64,000 nucleotides of DNA from Aquabacterium sp. (GCF_029946005.1 NZ_JAQSDR010000003.1:2836-66835); one strand, 5' to 3'; counted from the stretch's first letter, positions 1 to 10,211 are shown. Program-made: numbers and translations. The notes: generated from the sequence alone by a model not told the origin.

Positions 1-2
1 TC

Positions 3-599
3 AGCTACGACCACCTGCACACGCAAGACGTGCGGCGTTGGCTGGGCAGCCACGGCACGCCCGGCTACTTTCCCAAGGCCAAACTGCTGGTGCACCGCCA
101 GGAGTGGGCCTCGACCCAGCACCTGCTGCCCATCCAGGCCGACTGGTATTGCCCGCAAGGCATCGATGGCATCGCGCCTGATCGCGTCATCACCTTTGAC
201 CGCAGCCTGAGCCTGGGGCCGGGCCTGGCGCTGGTCCACACACCAGGCCACACCGAAGGCAACCATTCGATGGCGGCGCGCGTGCCCGATGGCATCCGAG
301 TGACGAGCGAGAACGGCGTGGGCGTGGACGCCTACGAGCCCAAGCATTCGCGCATCAATGCGGTGCGCAAGCATGCCTTGAGCACGGGCGTTGAAGTGAT
401 CCTGAATGGCAACACGCTGGAGGGCAGCAACGACCAGTACATCTCGATGGTGCTGGAGAAAACGCTGGCCGGGCCCTCGGCCAATCCGGCGTATCCCAAC
501 TGCGCCACATCGAGCGAACGCACGCCCTTCTGGCTCTTCCCGGGCGATGTGGCCAGCCACCTGTTTGGCGAAGCGCATTTCGGGCAGGTGCAAGGTTGA
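3..599 (+). CDS. MBL-fold metallo-hydrolase, 5'-truncated by the window edge
   Basis: Frame is open from base 3 (SYDHLHTQDVRRW...), with an HxHxxD-type motif and a downstream HTPGHT motif typical of the metallo-beta-lactamase fold. Confidence 0.7.
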   Translation, partial: SYDHLHTQDVRRWLGSHGTPGYFPKAKLLVHRQEWASTQHLLPIQADWYCPQGIDGIAPDRVITFDRSLSLGPGLALVHTPGHTEGNHSMAARVPDGIRVTSENGVGVDAYEPKHSRINAVRKHALSTGVEVILNGNTLEGSNDQYISMVLEKTLAGPSANPAYPNCATSSERTPFWLFPGDVASHLFGEAHFGQVQG

Positions 600-1594
600 T
601 GGCGCAAGACGAAGAAGGGGTGTTGGTCACTGGGGGCTGCGGCTTCCTGGGGCGCGCTTTGGTCAACCAACTTTTGCGCGAGGCCAATGGCCCGATCAAC
701 GTGCTGGCGTTGCCGCACGAGGCCGTGCCGCCAGAATGGTCGTCGCGCGTCAACATTGTTCGCGGCGACATCACCCGCCTGCAAGATGTCGAACTGGCCG
801 CCCAGGGCTGCCAACGCATCTTTCACCTGGCCGCGTTGGTGGGCGATGGCGGCACGTACGCGCAGCATGAGCGTGTCACCGTGGGCGGCACCGCCCATGT
901 GTTCGACGTGGCCCTGCGGCGAGGGGCATCAGTGGTCCTCACCACCAGCGTGTGTGCCTATGGCAACGCGATCCAGCGTGGCGTGTGCCATGAAGGCACC
1001 CCGCTGGGCCAGCCACAAGGTCCGTATGGCCGGGCCAAACAAGGCCAGGAAAAGCTCGCCTGGCGTTTTCGTGATCAAGGCGGCCAGGTGTGCGTGGTGC
1101 GGCCCGCCAACATCATCGGGCCGGGCTCGGGGCCGTGGTTGTTGGATGCCGCGCAGGCCCTGCGCCAAGGCTTGCCTGCACTGGTCGGCGGTGGCCGGGG
1201 CAATGCGGCGCTGGCCATCGTGGACAACGTGTCGACCTTCTTGGTGCAGGTGGCCAACACGCCTTCGGCCCATGGCCAAGCCTTCAACATTCATGATGGG
1301 CTGCCCATCACCTGGCGCCGCTATTTCACTGACCTGGCGGGCTTGATGGGTGCGCCAGCGCCACGCTCCACGCCGCGCGCTTTGGCCTATCTGGGCGCTC
1401 GCGCGGTCGAGCCGATGTTCAGGCGCTTCCTGCCAGGGCGCAGGCCCCCGGTGACCCGCGAAGCGCTCAACCTGATCGCCTGGGACAACCAGTTCCCCAC
1501 CGACAAGGCGCGTTCACTGGGTTGGGCGCCCGTGGTGGACTATCCGCAAATCTTGCGGTCGATCCAGCAGGACATCCAGGCGCGCGGGCTTTGA
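596..1594 (+). CDS. NAD-dependent epimerase/dehydratase (extended SDR, 3-beta-HSD-like)
   Basis: TGGCGFLG Rossmann motif, FHLAA, catalytic YGRAK (YxxxK), VVRPANIIGP; overlaps the previous stop codon. Confidence 0.85.
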   Translation: MMAQDEEGVLVTGGCGFLGRALVNQLLREANGPINVLALPHEAVPPEWSSRVNIVRGDITRLQDVELAAQGCQRIFHLAALVGDGGTYAQHERVTVGGTAHVFDVALRRGASVVLTTSVCAYGNAIQRGVCHEGTPLGQPQGPYGRAKQGQEKLAWRFRDQGGQVCVVRPANIIGPGSGPWLLDAAQALRQGLPALVGGGRGNAALAIVDNVSTFLVQVANTPSAHGQAFNIHDGLPITWRRYFTDLAGLMGAPAPRSTPRALAYLGARAVEPMFRRFLPGRRPPVTREALNLIAWDNQFPTDKARSLGWAPVVDYPQILRSIQQDIQARGL

Positions 1595-1603
1595 TCGCTC
1601 GCC

Positions 1604-2539
1604 TCAAGCCGGGTCGCGAGGCAGCAGGAAGTGCCCGCGCGCGGTCGCCACCGGCTTGTGTTGATCGTCCTGCCAGACCGTGACCTGCACCAGCGCCACG
1701 CGGCTGCCTTGGCGGATCGTGGTCGCTTGCGCAAAGGTGTCCACCGGGCGTGCCGAGCGCAGGTAGTCGATCGAGAAATCGACGCCGCGTGGTGGCGTGC
1801 CGTCGCTCAAGCCCATGGTCGACACCAGGTGCAGCACCATGGCCGTTTCGGCAAAGCCGGCCAGCACGCCGCCATGCAGCGCGGGCAGCACCGGGTTGCC
1901 GATCAAATCGGGCTTGAAGGGCAAGCGGAACAGGGGCGCGTCGTCACCATGGTCGATGCTCTGATGCACGCTCAAATAATCCACGTAGGGCGACACCCCA
2001 GGCGCCAAGGCGGGCGTCACGGTGGGGCGCAAGGGGATGGCTTCCCCCTTGACCTCGGCGCTGGCCCTCGCGGCCTTGGGGGCCGCCAAAGGATCACGCC
2101 GCGCGCTGGCCGTGGCCCGCATGAAGGTGGCTTGCACGGTGGCCAGCACCTCATCCTGCCCCGGCTGGCGGATCTCGCCGCGCACAAAGGCCACGCTGCG
2201 CGACAGGCGGTGGCATTCAGCGTGGCAGATCAGTTCGCGGTCGGCCACAGCGGGGCGCAGGTAGTCCATGCGCAGGTCCAGCGTGGCGAAGGGCTCCATC
2301 ACGTCGAGCGCGGTGCCCACGGCCACGCCGCAAGCGGTGTCGGCCAGCACGGTCAGCACGCCCGGGTGCGTGAGCTGGCGCTCGGCATCGCCGGTCCAAT
2401 CGCCGCAGGCGGGCATCGCCAAGGTCGCGTGATTCTGCGAGACCTCGGTCACGTGCATGTTGGAGGCGCGCGCGTAGGGGATGCCCGCGATGAAGGCGTG
2501 GACCCACTGCAGGCGGTCAGTGTCGTTGAAAAGGCTCAT
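1604..2539 (-). CDS. PaaI-family thioesterase with two fused hotdog domains
   Basis: Two hotdog motifs (HPGVLTVLADTACG...TLDLRMDYLRP and LHGGVLAGFAE...DFSIDYLRSARP) joined by an Ala/Pro linker. Confidence 0.85.
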   Translation of the reverse strand: MSLFNDTDRLQWVHAFIAGIPYARASNMHVTEVSQNHATLAMPACGDWTGDAERQLTHPGVLTVLADTACGVAVGTALDVMEPFATLDLRMDYLRPAVADRELICHAECHRLSRSVAFVRGEIRQPGQDEVLATVQATFMRATASARRDPLAAPKAARASAEVKGEAIPLRPTVTPALAPGVSPYVDYLSVHQSIDHGDDAPLFRLPFKPDLIGNPVLPALHGGVLAGFAETAMVLHLVSTMGLSDGTPPRGVDFSIDYLRSARPVDTFAQATTIRQGSRVALVQVTVWQDDQHKPVATARGHFLLPRDPA

Positions 2540-3117
2540 GGCTTAGGCACCAGTTTGACCGACAGACCAGCGGCTGTCACGCGGATGTCCTCGACCTGGT
2601 AACCATGGCGATCGACCTCTCGCAAGTCTTCGGGCTTGAACTGGTGGATGGGGTAGTCCTGCAGTTTCTCTTGCGCCAGCATTGCGCCCAGCTTGGTCCA
2701 TTGCCGCTGCGTGGCCTCGGTCAGGCCCGCGATGGCCAGCTTGTCGACCGTCACCGTGTTCAGGCGAATGGTGCGGTCTTGCGCCTCGTAGCGCATGCCG
2801 AAGCTGACGCCTACCGTGCCTTGGTAGCTGCGCCCAAAGAGGCGGTCGGTGGCCTTGATGTCGAACTCGGAGGCGATGCGATTGGTCTCTGGGCTGAGTT
2901 GCAGGCGCGGCGCTTGCGCTTCGACCTCGAAGATCTCGGCCAGCGTCTTACGCATGGGGAATTGTTTGGACAGCTTGGCCAGCAGTTGTTCGCGCGAGAT
3001 GTCGACGGTGCGCGGGCCCATCAGGCTGGCGCAACCGGCCAGGGCCAAAACCATGGCGATCATCAGCCATGCCCAGCCGAACGTCTTGTGTTTGTGCAAC
3101 GAAGCGCTTGGAGCCAT
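2536..3117 (-). CDS. DUF1439 (YceB-like) lipoprotein
   Basis: Hydrophobic stretch with lipobox LAGC, then 'ISREQLLAKLSKQFPMRK'. Start chosen downstream of the terminator at 3169-3190; the exact start is uncertain. Confidence 0.7.
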   Translation of the reverse strand: MAPSASLHKHKTFGWAWLMIAMVLALAGCASLMGPRTVDISREQLLAKLSKQFPMRKTLAEIFEVEAQAPRLQLSPETNRIASEFDIKATDRLFGRSYQGTVGVSFGMRYEAQDRTIRLNTVTVDKLAIAGLTEATQRQWTKLGAMLAQEKLQDYPIHQFKPEDLREVDRHGYQVEDIRVTAAGLSVKLVPKP

Positions 3118-3168
3118 GCTGTCAGGGAAAACGGTAGAACAAGGCGACATGCTAGCGGCATTCATGCA

Positions 3169-3190
3169 AAAGAGCCCCGAAGGGCTCTTT
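3169..3190 (-). terminator. Intrinsic terminator after the PEP-CTERM gene
   Basis: Perfect 9-bp stem AAAGAGCCC-CGAA-GGGCTCTTT with T-runs on both strands. Confidence 0.8.
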
Positions 3191-3213
3191 GTGCAGGCAG
3201 GGTTGCAATGAAC

Positions 3214-3831
3214 TCAGACCTGTTGGCGGCGCTGACGCATCGCGCCAATCAAGCCCATGCCGATGAACAGCAGCATCGTGGTGGAAGGCTCTGGCACTGC
3301 TGTGTAGTTGGCCAGGCGGCTAGTGTCGCCCCGCGTCCAAAGCGCATAGGCGTCCTGGAAGGCAGGCTGCTGGTTGTAGATGTCCAACTGGCCATAGACA
3401 AAGGGCGTGTAGGGCAGCTGGTTGCCGTCCACGAAGGGGCTGCCGCCATGGAAATCGATGTCGAGAAATTCTGACTCACCAAAAAACTCGATCACGCCCT
3501 GGCCGTGTGAGAAGGAAACGGTGGGCTGGCCTGTGTCAATCGCATCGAGCAAGTTGACGGTTTTGCCTTGGTAGCTCATCTTCAACCAGATCGCACCAGA
3601 GGCCCAGTAGCTGGTGTTGGTCAGCGTTTGCAAAGAGTAGCCCGGCAAGGCCGACGAATCAAAGCCAAACGTGTAGTGAACATCCAGCGCAGGATTGACT
3701 GCCGAGGTGCCGTCGGCGTCTGGATTGGCCAGGAACTGATACTGGTACTGGGTGGCTTGTGCCTGGCTGAACGCCGCTAACAGCACACCTGCCGCCAGGC
3801 TTTTCAAGCCTATTTTTTTCATGAATTTCAT
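3214..3831 (-). CDS. PEP-CTERM sorting domain protein
   Basis: N-terminal signal peptide (AQA-TQ); C-terminal VPEPSTTMLLFIGMGLIGAMRQRRQQV (VPEP + TM helix + basic tail). Confidence 0.9.
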   Translation of the reverse strand: MKFMKKIGLKSLAAGVLLAAFSQAQATQYQYQFLANPDADGTSAVNPALDVHYTFGFDSSALPGYSLQTLTNTSYWASGAIWLKMSYQGKTVNLLDAIDTGQPTVSFSHGQGVIEFFGESEFLDIDFHGGSPFVDGNQLPYTPFVYGQLDIYNQQPAFQDAYALWTRGDTSRLANYTAVPEPSTTMLLFIGMGLIGAMRQRRQQV

Positions 3832-3894
3832 GAAGCTCCCTGACTGATGTTGAAGGTGTCAGTGGACGCGATGGCTTGCTTTGCCGTCAACCCC

Positions 3895-4341
3895 TCATGC
3901 AGGTGCCTGCCAATCCGGGAGTTTCAGGATTTCAGTGCCCAAGAGCCTGGCGCGTCGCGCCAGCTTGAGCAGGGCGACGTCTTTGCTGATCAACCAGCGC
4001 GCGCCCACATGCAGGGCCAGGTCAATGAAAACCTGGTCATCCGGATCCCTGCACTTCAGGGGTCCACGTGGGGGCTCGTCCACCATCAGGGCGTGCTCGA
4101 ACACGGTGGTGGTTAAGGCGGGGTCAGCTTGCCAACGCGCGAACACGCTGCGCGGCCACACATGGCCCCACTCGGTCTGCATGGCGGGGCTGGCCAGCCA
4201 GCGCAATCGGCCGGCTTGCAGGGCCTCGGCCAAGGGGGATGCGGACGGGTCCTTGAACACGCGCCAGTCGAGCAGGGCGTTGGTGTCGAGGATGATGATG
4301 GGTACCTGGCCCGCTGAAGGCTCAATGGATTCGGTGTTCAT
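3895..4341 (-). CDS. PIN-domain protein (putative VapC-like nuclease)
   Basis: [23 protein letters not shown] and LISKD motifs; ATGA overlap with the mnmA stop. Confidence 0.85.
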   Translation of the reverse strand: MNTESIEPSAGQVPIIILDTNALLDWRVFKDPSASPLAEALQAGRLRWLASPAMQTEWGHVWPRSVFARWQADPALTTTVFEHALMVDEPPRGPLKCRDPDDQVFIDLALHVGARWLISKDVALLKLARRARLLGTEILKLPDWQAPA

Positions 4342-5450
4342 GCCGCGCCGCTGATCACACCACCACCCAGGCAAATCTCTCCGTCGTACAGCACGGCCGA
4401 TTGCCCGGGTGTCACCGCCCATTGCGGCTGGGCGAAGTTCAAGCGCAGCTGCGCGTGGTCGGCGGCTTCAATCGAACAAGCCGCGTCCGCCTGCCGATAA
4501 CGCGTCTTGGCCGCACAAGGGCCCAAGGGCGGCGCATGACCTGCCACCCAGCTCAAGTCATCCGCCGTCAACGTGTGGGATTGCAGCCAGGCGTGATCGT
4601 GCCCCTGCACCACGTACAGCACATTGGCCACCATGTCCTTGCGGGCCACGAACCAGGCGTCGTGCTCACCGCCGCCGCGTGCGGCGCCTTTTTCCTTCAC
4701 GCCCCCAATGCCGATGCCTTTGCGCTGGCCCAGGGTGTAAAAACTCAAGCCCACGTGCTCGCCCAAGGTGCGGCCCCGGTCATCCAGGATCACGCCAGGC
4801 TGGTTCGACAGGTACTTGTTCAGGAATTCTCGAAACGGCCGCTCACCAATGAAGCAGATGCCGGTCGAATCCTTCTTCTTGGCATTGGGCAAGCCGATCT
4901 CAGCTGCGATGCGCCGCACCTCTGTCTTGGGCAGCTCGCCCACGGGGAACATCGTCTTGCTCAGCTGCGCCTGGTTCAGGCGGTGCAGAAAGTAGCTCTG
5001 GTCCTTCAGCGGATCCAGCCCCTTCAGCAGTTCAAACCGGCCTTCAACTTCGCGCACCCGGGCGTAGTGCCCCGTGGCGATTTTCTCGGCGCCCAGGCGC
5101 ATGGCATGGTCCAGGAAGGCCTTGAACTTGATCTCGGCATTGCACAGCACATCGGGGTTGGGTGTGCGGCCCGCCTGGTACTCGCGCAAGAAATCGGAGA
5201 AGACGCGGTCCTTGTAGTCGGCCGCGAAGTTGACGTGCTCGATCTCGATGCCCAGCACGTCGGCCACACTGGCCGCGTCCAGAAAATCCTGCCGCGTTGA
5301 GCAATATTCGCTGTCGTCGTCATCTTCCCAGTTCTTCATGAAGATGCCGACCACCTCGTGGCCCTGCTGCTTCAGCAAATGGGCGGTGACCGCCGAATCG
5401 ACGCCGCCGCTCAGGCCGACGACGATGCGCTGCGGCCGGGTGGCGCTCAT
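4338..5450 (-). CDS. mnmA: tRNA 2-thiouridine(34) synthase MnmA
   Basis: [42 protein letters not shown] and [11 protein letters not shown] motifs. Confidence 0.97.
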   Translation of the reverse strand: MSATRPQRIVVGLSGGVDSAVTAHLLKQQGHEVVGIFMKNWEDDDDSEYCSTRQDFLDAASVADVLGIEIEHVNFAADYKDRVFSDFLREYQAGRTPNPDVLCNAEIKFKAFLDHAMRLGAEKIATGHYARVREVEGRFELLKGLDPLKDQSYFLHRLNQAQLSKTMFPVGELPKTEVRRIAAEIGLPNAKKKDSTGICFIGERPFREFLNKYLSNQPGVILDDRGRTLGEHVGLSFYTLGQRKGIGIGGVKEKGAARGGGEHDAWFVARKDMVANVLYVVQGHDHAWLQSHTLTADDLSWVAGHAPPLGPCAAKTRYRQADAACSIEAADHAQLRLNFAQPQWAVTPGQSAVLYDGEICLGGGVISGAA

Positions 5451-6001
5451 GCCGAGCGGACGGCGGCTGGCGGTGCGAAGACGCTGTCGTGGATCGTCAG
5501 GATGGACAAGGGATAGCGCACGCCCGCCAAATACGTTTCCAGGCACTCCAGCACCAGGGGGCTGCGGTGGCGCTCGGGGCAGGCGCGGATCTCGTCGGCC
5601 GTCATCCACACGGCGCGCACGATGCCTTCGTCCAATTCCAGGCTGGCGTCCGGTTCGGACACGGTGCCAAAGAAGGTCAAACGCAGGTAGGTGATGTCTT
5701 CGCCCGTGCGGGTGCGCCGAAACCGCGACATGTACATGCCCAAAAAGCCTTGGGGCGTGAACTCGCAGGCGGTCTCTTCCAGCGTCTCGCGCATCACGCC
5801 CTGCAGCGGTGATTCGCCTGGGTCGAGGTGGCCGGCCGGGTTGTTCAGCAGCAGGCCATCGCTGGTCTGCTCTTCCACCAGCAGAAAGCGACCGTCGCGC
5901 TCAACCACCGCCGCCACGGTGACGTTGGGCTTCCAGCGTTGCGAGGGAACAGGGGTGGAGCCAGCCTTGGCCTCCGCTTCCAAAATATCGGCGGTCTTCA
6001 T
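5447..6001 (-). CDS. nudJ: NUDIX hydrolase (NudJ-like)
   Basis: WKPNVTVAA, Nudix box [23 protein letters not shown] and RHRSPLV; directly upstream of mnmA with ATGA overlap, as in enterobacteria. Confidence 0.8.
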   Translation of the reverse strand: MKTADILEAEAKAGSTPVPSQRWKPNVTVAAVVERDGRFLLVEEQTSDGLLLNNPAGHLDPGESPLQGVMRETLEETACEFTPQGFLGMYMSRFRRTRTGEDITYLRLTFFGTVSEPDASLELDEGIVRAVWMTADEIRACPERHRSPLVLECLETYLAGVRYPLSILTIHDSVFAPPAAVRSA

Positions 6002-6189
6002 GAGCGCAGGATTATCCGTCAATGGTGTGTCAATGTGTGGCAATCGTGATTCTTCACAATGTGACAACGCGCACTCTCACATTTGAGGGTGCGCCCGCCA
6101 CGGTTGCACCGAGAATGGGGGATTGTTGTGTATGCTGCCGGGTTTGGCGCGAATGCCGCCTGCCGCCCCCCCCTACATTAGGAGACCGT

Positions 6190-7305
6190 ATGCTGATTGG
6201 CATACCCTTGGAGACCGCTGTCGGTGAAAGCCGCGTGGCCGTGACCCCCGAGACGGTGAAGAAATTGAAGGCGCAAGGGCACACCCTTCGCGTCCAGTCC
6301 GGCGCCGGCATCGCTGCCAGCGTGACCGACGAAGCCTATGCCGCCGCTGGCGCCGAGATCACCGACGTGGCGGGTGCCTTTGGCGCCGACATGGTGCTCA
6401 AGGTGCGTGCGCCGTTCGCCAACGAGTTGTCGCTGACCAAGCCTGGCTCGGTGGTGGTGGGCATGCTCAACCCCTTCGACAAGGCGGGCCTGCAGTCGAT
6501 GACCGACGCCAAGCTCACCGGCTTCGCGCTCGAAGCCGCGCCCCGCACCACCCGTGCGCAAAGCATGGACGTGCTGTCATCTCAGGCCAATCTGGCGGGC
6601 TACAAGGCCGTCATGATCGCCGCCGACAAGTACCAGCGCATCTTCCCGATGCTGATGACCGCTGCAGGCACCGTCAAGGCCGCCCGCGTGGTGATCCTGG
6701 GCGTGGGCGTGGCGGGCTTGCAAGCCATCGCCACGGCCAAGCGCCTGGGTGCGGTGATCGAGGCTTCCGACGTGCGTCCTTCGGTGAAGGAGCAGGTTGA
6801 GTCGCTGGGCGCAAAGTTCATCGACGTCGCTTTCGAGACTGCCGAAGAAAAAGAAGCCGCTGAAGGCGTGGGTGGCTATGCCCGCCCCATGCCCCAAAGC
6901 TGGCTGGACCGCCAGAAGGTCGAAGTGGCCAAGCGCGTGGCCAACGCCGACATCGTCATCACCACGGCCCTGATCCCCGGTCGTGCGGCCCCGGTGCTGG
7001 TGAGCGAAGACATGGTCAAGGCCATGAAGCCTGGCTCGGTCATCGTTGACCTGGCCGCAGCCCAAGGTGGCAACTGCCCCCTGACCGAAGCCAACCAGAC
7101 CGTGGTCAAGCATGGCGTGACCCTGGTGGGCGAGACCAATCTGCCCGCCCTGGTGGCCGCTGATGCGTCTGCCCTGTACGCGCGCAACGTGCTCGACTTC
7201 TTGAAGCTGGTCTTCAACAAAGAAGGCCAGTTCCACGTGGACCTGGAAGACGACATCGTCAAGGCTTGCCTGATGTGCCGCGACGGCGAACTGCTGCGCG
7301 CCTGA
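6190..7305 (+). CDS. pntAA: NAD(P) transhydrogenase subunit alpha, part 1 (dI, NAD-binding)
   Basis: MLIGIPLET...[28 protein letters not shown] and GVGVAGLQA motifs; GGAG RBS at 6181. Confidence 0.95.
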   Translation: MLIGIPLETAVGESRVAVTPETVKKLKAQGHTLRVQSGAGIAASVTDEAYAAAGAEITDVAGAFGADMVLKVRAPFANELSLTKPGSVVVGMLNPFDKAGLQSMTDAKLTGFALEAAPRTTRAQSMDVLSSQANLAGYKAVMIAADKYQRIFPMLMTAAGTVKAARVVILGVGVAGLQAIATAKRLGAVIEASDVRPSVKEQVESLGAKFIDVAFETAEEKEAAEGVGGYARPMPQSWLDRQKVEVAKRVANADIVITTALIPGRAAPVLVSEDMVKAMKPGSVIVDLAAAQGGNCPLTEANQTVVKHGVTLVGETNLPALVAADASALYARNVLDFLKLVFNKEGQFHVDLEDDIVKACLMCRDGELLRA

Positions 7306-7325
7306 CGACGAGCGAGGAGACTGAC

Positions 7326-7688
7326 ATGCAACGCCAAATGCTGCGGGCCAAGCTGCACCGCGCCACCGTGACCGAGGCCGACCTGAACTACGAAGGTTCC
7401 TGCGGCATCGACGAGAACCTGCTCGAAGCCGCCGACATGAAAGAGTTCGAGTACATCGAGCTCTACAACATCAACAACGGCGAGCGCTTCTCGACCTACG
7501 TCATCAAGGCCGCGCGCGGCTCCGGCGTGATCTCGCTGAACGGCGCGGCCGCGCGCAAGGCGCATGTGGGCGACCTGCTCATCATCTGCACCTACGCGCC
7601 CATGACCGAGGCTGAAGTGGCCAGCCACAAGCCCAAGGTGGTTTTGCTCGACGAGGGCAACGCCATCAAAGAGATTCGCAAGTTCTGA
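7326..7688 (+). CDS. panD: Aspartate 1-decarboxylase
   Basis: AKLHRATVT, self-cleavage site [16 protein letters not shown] and LNGAAAR; GAGGAG RBS. Confidence 0.95.
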   Translation: MQRQMLRAKLHRATVTEADLNYEGSCGIDENLLEAADMKEFEYIELYNINNGERFSTYVIKAARGSGVISLNGAAARKAHVGDLLIICTYAPMTEAEVASHKPKVVLLDEGNAIKEIRKF

Positions 7689-7714
7689 CCTCATTCAATC
7701 TATCTGGAGACACG

Positions 7715-8035
7715 ATGGAAGCCCTTGCTCAAGTCGACCATGTCGTCATCAACCTGTCCATTTTCGTGCTGGCCATTTATGTGGGCTATCACGTGGTGTG
7801 GACGGTGACACCGGCATTGCACACCCCCCTCATGGCCGTGACCAACGCGGTGTCGGCCATCGTCATCGTGGGCGCCATGCTGGCCGCCGCGCTGACCGTC
7901 ACGCCTTTGGGCAAGACCATGGGCGTGCTTGCCGTGGCGCTGGCCGCGGTCAATGTGTTTGGGGGCTTTTTGGTCACCCGCCGCATGCTCGAGATGTTCA
8001 AGAAGAAAGAAAAGAAAGCGGGAGCTGCTAAATGA
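7715..8035 (+). CDS. pntAB: NAD(P) transhydrogenase subunit alpha, part 2 (membrane)
   Basis: VTPALHTPLMAVTNAVS and NVFGGFLVTRRMLEMFKK motifs. Confidence 0.95.
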   Translation: MEALAQVDHVVINLSIFVLAIYVGYHVVWTVTPALHTPLMAVTNAVSAIVIVGAMLAAALTVTPLGKTMGVLAVALAAVNVFGGFLVTRRMLEMFKKKEKKAGAAK

Positions 8036-9489
8036 GCATGAACCTCATCGCTTTGCTCTACCTGTTCGCCTCGGTGTGTTTCATCCAGGCGCTCAAGGGC
8101 TTGAGCCACCCCACCACGTCGATCCGTGGCAACTTCTTCGGCATGGTCGGCATGACCGTGGCCGTGCTTACCACCGTGGGCCTGATCCACGGCAAGGTCA
8201 CGGCCTTGATGGCCGGTGGCTTGCACGTTGACTTCACCGAAGGCCTGGCCTGGGTGCTGGGCGCCCTGGTCGTTGGCGGCGGCGCGGGCACCATCATGGC
8301 CAAGCGCGTCGAGATGACCAAGATGCCCGAACTGGTCGCCTTCATGCACAGCATGATCGGCTTGGCGGCGGTGTTCATCGCCGTGGCCGTGGTGGCCGAA
8401 CCTTGGGCACTGCTGCAAGAGGTTGGCCCCGGCCAGCCCATCCCCACCGGCAACCGGCTTGAGTTGGTGCTGGGGGCTGCCATTGGCGCCATCACCTTCA
8501 GCGGCTCGGTCATTGCTTTTGGCAAGCTGAGCGGCAAGTACAAGTTCCGCCTGTTCCAGGGCGCGCCGGTCAGCTTCAAGGGCCAGCACATGCTGAACCT
8601 GGTGCTGGGCCTGGCCACGCTGGGCCTGGGTGGCTACTTCATGGCCACGCAAAGCATGGAAGCCTTCTTCGCCGTGCTGGCGCTGAGCTTCATCCTGGGC
8701 GTGCTGATCATCATCCCGATTGGCGGCGCCGACATGCCGGTGGTGGTGTCCATGCTGAACAGCTATTCGGGCTGGGCGGCGGCGGGCATCGGCTTCTCGC
8801 TGAACAACTCGATGCTGATCATTGCCGGATCGCTGGTGGGCTCGTCGGGCGCGATCCTGAGCTACATCATGTGCAAGGCCATGAACCGATCGTTCTTCAA
8901 CGTGATCCTGGGTGGCTTTGGTGGCGAGGCCGGTCCTGCGGCCGTGGCTGGCGCGCAGGCGCAACGTCCTGTCAAAACCGGCAGTGCCGATGACGCGGCT
9001 TTTGTCTTGGGCAATGCCGAGACCGTGATCATCGTGCCGGGCTATGGCCTGGCCGTGGCGCGTGCCCAGCACGCCGTCAAGGAACTGGCCGCCAAGCTGA
9101 CCGAAAAGGGCATCACGGTGAAGTACGCGATTCACCCCGTGGCGGGCCGCATGCCGGGCCACATGAACGTGCTGCTGGCCGAGGCCGAAGTGCCTTACGA
9201 CCAGGTGTTCGAGATGGAAGACATCAATGGCGAGTTCGGCCAGGCCGATGTGGCGATCATCCTGGGCGCCAATGACGTGGTGAACCCTGCGGCGCACACC
9301 AAGGGCAGCCCGATTTATGGCATGCCGATTTTGGAAGCGTACAAGGCCAAGACGATCATCGTGAACAAGCGCTCGATGGCGGCGGGTTATGCTGGTCTGG
9401 ACAATGAACTGTTCTACAGCGACAAGACCATGATGGTGTTTGGCGATGCCAAGAAGGTGGTTGAGGACATGGTCAAGGCGGTGGAGTGA
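8032..9489 (+). CDS. pntB: NAD(P) transhydrogenase subunit beta
   Basis: MPELVAFMHS, GGADMPVVVSMLNSYSG, HPVAGRMPGHMNVLLAEA and GANDVVNP motifs. Confidence 0.97.
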   Translation: MSMNLIALLYLFASVCFIQALKGLSHPTTSIRGNFFGMVGMTVAVLTTVGLIHGKVTALMAGGLHVDFTEGLAWVLGALVVGGGAGTIMAKRVEMTKMPELVAFMHSMIGLAAVFIAVAVVAEPWALLQEVGPGQPIPTGNRLELVLGAAIGAITFSGSVIAFGKLSGKYKFRLFQGAPVSFKGQHMLNLVLGLATLGLGGYFMATQSMEAFFAVLALSFILGVLIIIPIGGADMPVVVSMLNSYSGWAAAGIGFSLNNSMLIIAGSLVGSSGAILSYIMCKAMNRSFFNVILGGFGGEAGPAAVAGAQAQRPVKTGSADDAAFVLGNAETVIIVPGYGLAVARAQHAVKELAAKLTEKGITVKYAIHPVAGRMPGHMNVLLAEAEVPYDQVFEMEDINGEFGQADVAIILGANDVVNPAAHTKGSPIYGMPILEAYKAKTIIVNKRSMAAGYAGLDNELFYSDKTMMVFGDAKKVVEDMVKAVE

Positions 9490-9610
9490 ATCCCATCGGG
9501 CTGTCCTCATGGTTTGTGGCGCAAGCGCAGCAATGTGCGTATAGTCTTGTCAACATGCGTGTTGGTTTTATTCCACGGACGCTTGACCGCAACCAGCAGG
9601 AGTCGATTCA

Positions 9611-9811
9611 ATGATCGTCACTGAACAAGTCCTGATCGAGAAGATCAGGCAATTGCCCCCGCAGCGCATGTCCGAGGTCGAAGATTTCATCGACTTCTTG
9701 CGCTCACGCGAAGAAGAGCACAACCTCACACGGACCGCATCCAAGGCCAGCGAAGCCAGCTTCGCTGGCGTGTGGGCCAATGACGAAGACGCCGCTTACG
9801 ACAAACTCTGA
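9611..9811 (+). CDS. DUF2281-like small antitoxin-type protein
   Basis: 66 aa: 'LIEKIRQLPPQRMSEVEDFIDFL...VWANDEDAAYDKL'; lies directly upstream of a PemK remnant. Confidence 0.7.
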   Translation: MIVTEQVLIEKIRQLPPQRMSEVEDFIDFLRSREEEHNLTRTASKASEASFAGVWANDEDAAYDKL

Positions 9812-9815
9812 ACCC

Positions 9816-9952
9816 ATGCCATATGCATTCGGCAATGTCGTGCTGGTGCCATTCCCGTTCACCAACAACCGCTCATCGTGCGGACCATGGGTACGCTGAC
9901 CACGGCGGATGAGCACACCTTGCGCGCCATCCTGGTGCGCGTTATCGGGTGA
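9816..9952 (+). pseudogene. PemK/MazF-family toxin with internal deletion and frameshift
   Basis: N-terminus MPYAFGNVVLVPFPFTN is joined out of frame to a C-terminus LIVRTMGTLTTADEHTLRAILVRVIG*; the central KRPAV catalytic region is absent. Confidence 0.75.
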
Positions 9953-9953
9953 C

Positions 9954-10211
9954 TCAATGGTAGTGGTAACGCAGTTGGGCAATCAGAAGGGCATCGCCAT
10001 CAATCTTGTAGACCATGCGATGCTCGTCCGTCATTCGACGAGACCAAAACCCGGCCAGCGCGTGCTTAAGCGGTTCAGGCTTGCCAATTCCGGCAAGCGG
10101 TTCACGCTGAACTTCCTTGATTAACTTGTTGATTCGCTCAACCATGCGTTTGTCCTGTTGCTGCCAATAGACATAGTCCTCCCAGGCCGCTTCGGCAAAA
10201 ATCAGCCTCAT
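9954..10211 (-). CDS. yoeB: Txe/YoeB toxin (ribosome-dependent mRNase)
   Basis: AWEDYVYWQQQDK, GIGKPEPLKH, WSRRMTDEHRMVY and C-terminal RYHY. Confidence 0.95.
   Translation of the reverse strand: MRLIFAEAAWEDYVYWQQQDKRMVERINKLIKEVQREPLAGIGKPEPLKHALAGFWSRRMTDEHRMVYKIDGDALLIAQLRYHYH

Noticed and set aside
3895-4341. PIN gene as part of a toxin-antitoxin pair
   Set aside because: No antitoxin-sized gene is adjacent, and it is translationally coupled to mnmA, consistent with a stand-alone PIN protein.
6044-6060. Rex-like box (TCGTGATTCTTCACAA) upstream of pntAA
   Set aside because: Spacing is two bases short of TTGTGAA-N4-TTCACAA, and Rex is not typical of Betaproteobacteria.
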